Shown piece by piece: positions 57,737 to 57,819 of a stretch of DNA of 57,819 bases (the first letter of the stretch is position 1; every line of letters starts with the position of its first letter). Position numbers and translations under genes: made by a program. This DNA comes from a bacterium (lineage in GTDB: Bacteria > Auribacterota > Erginobacteria > Erginobacterales > DAOSXE01): NCBI GenBank assembly GCA_035380285.1, contig DAOSXE010000020.1, forward strand, positions 1 to 57,819, read 5' to 3'. Below the pieces are notes generated by a model that worked only from the letters and a program-made list of their open reading frames with translations, made no database searches and was not told the DNA's origin.

Positions 57737-57814
57737 ATGAACGGCTCGGCCCGAGGCACGTGGCCGGATATGGTCGGGGCCTGTCGTTGCCGGATCGACC
57801 AGGCGGCTTCTTAG
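57737..57814 (+). CDS. Possible 25-codon small ORF with a strong SD, at the window edge
   Basis: AAGGAGG lies 7 nt upstream of the ATG. It is preceded by about 190 nt of lower-GC non-coding sequence. Confidence 0.2.
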   Translation: MNGSARGTWPDMVGACRCRIDQAAS

Positions 57815-57819
57815 GTGAG

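Overview
This is a high-GC (about 68-70%) bacterial chromosomal segment that is densely coding. The high GC also creates many long spurious antisense ORFs, which are listed under noticed_but_rejected. Oxygen-defence genes point to an anaerobe: rubrerythrin, desulfoferrodoxin, an FprA flavodiiron protein and several nitroreductases.

The first 23.5 kb is a large glycosylation locus:
- A minus-strand operon covers a B12-binding radical SAM enzyme, a polyprenol-phosphate GT2, two PMT_2/ArnT-like GT-C membrane glycosyltransferases and a small secreted protein.
- A divergent plus-strand operon covers two more GT-C glycosyltransferases, a nucleoside deaminase, crcB, a DUF190 gene, four SDR epimerase/reductases including GDP-fucose synthase, a GHMP sugar kinase, a second DPM1-like GT2, an FAD oxidoreductase and a third large GT-C protein.
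- A roughly 115-aa C-terminal domain that I do not recognise recurs in four proteins of this locus: the small secreted protein and three of the GT-C enzymes.

The remainder of the window holds:
- a Fur/PerR-rbr-dfx-ferritin-NifU operon, an SPFH protein, a class II photolyase, phosphomannomutase, DjlA, a UDG-like protein, a FUSC family protein and a pyridine-nucleotide disulfide oxidoreductase;
- an LCM-type methyltransferase divergent from a coupled FprA and SagB-like dehydrogenase pair, then uridine phosphorylase, a D-Ala-D-Ala carboxypeptidase, rlmN, a BaiN-like flavoprotein and a CsgG-like protein;
- a tRNA with a CAT anticodon, a TPR protein, an SsnA-like amidohydrolase, nadE, an ECF sigma/anti-sigma pair, a dCMP deaminase, xth, an iron-type alcohol dehydrogenase and methyltransferases.

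One structural oddity stands out: a perfect 23-bp inverted repeat with CATAGAG heptamer repeats in its loop, spanning the 3' end of the alcohol dehydrogenase gene.
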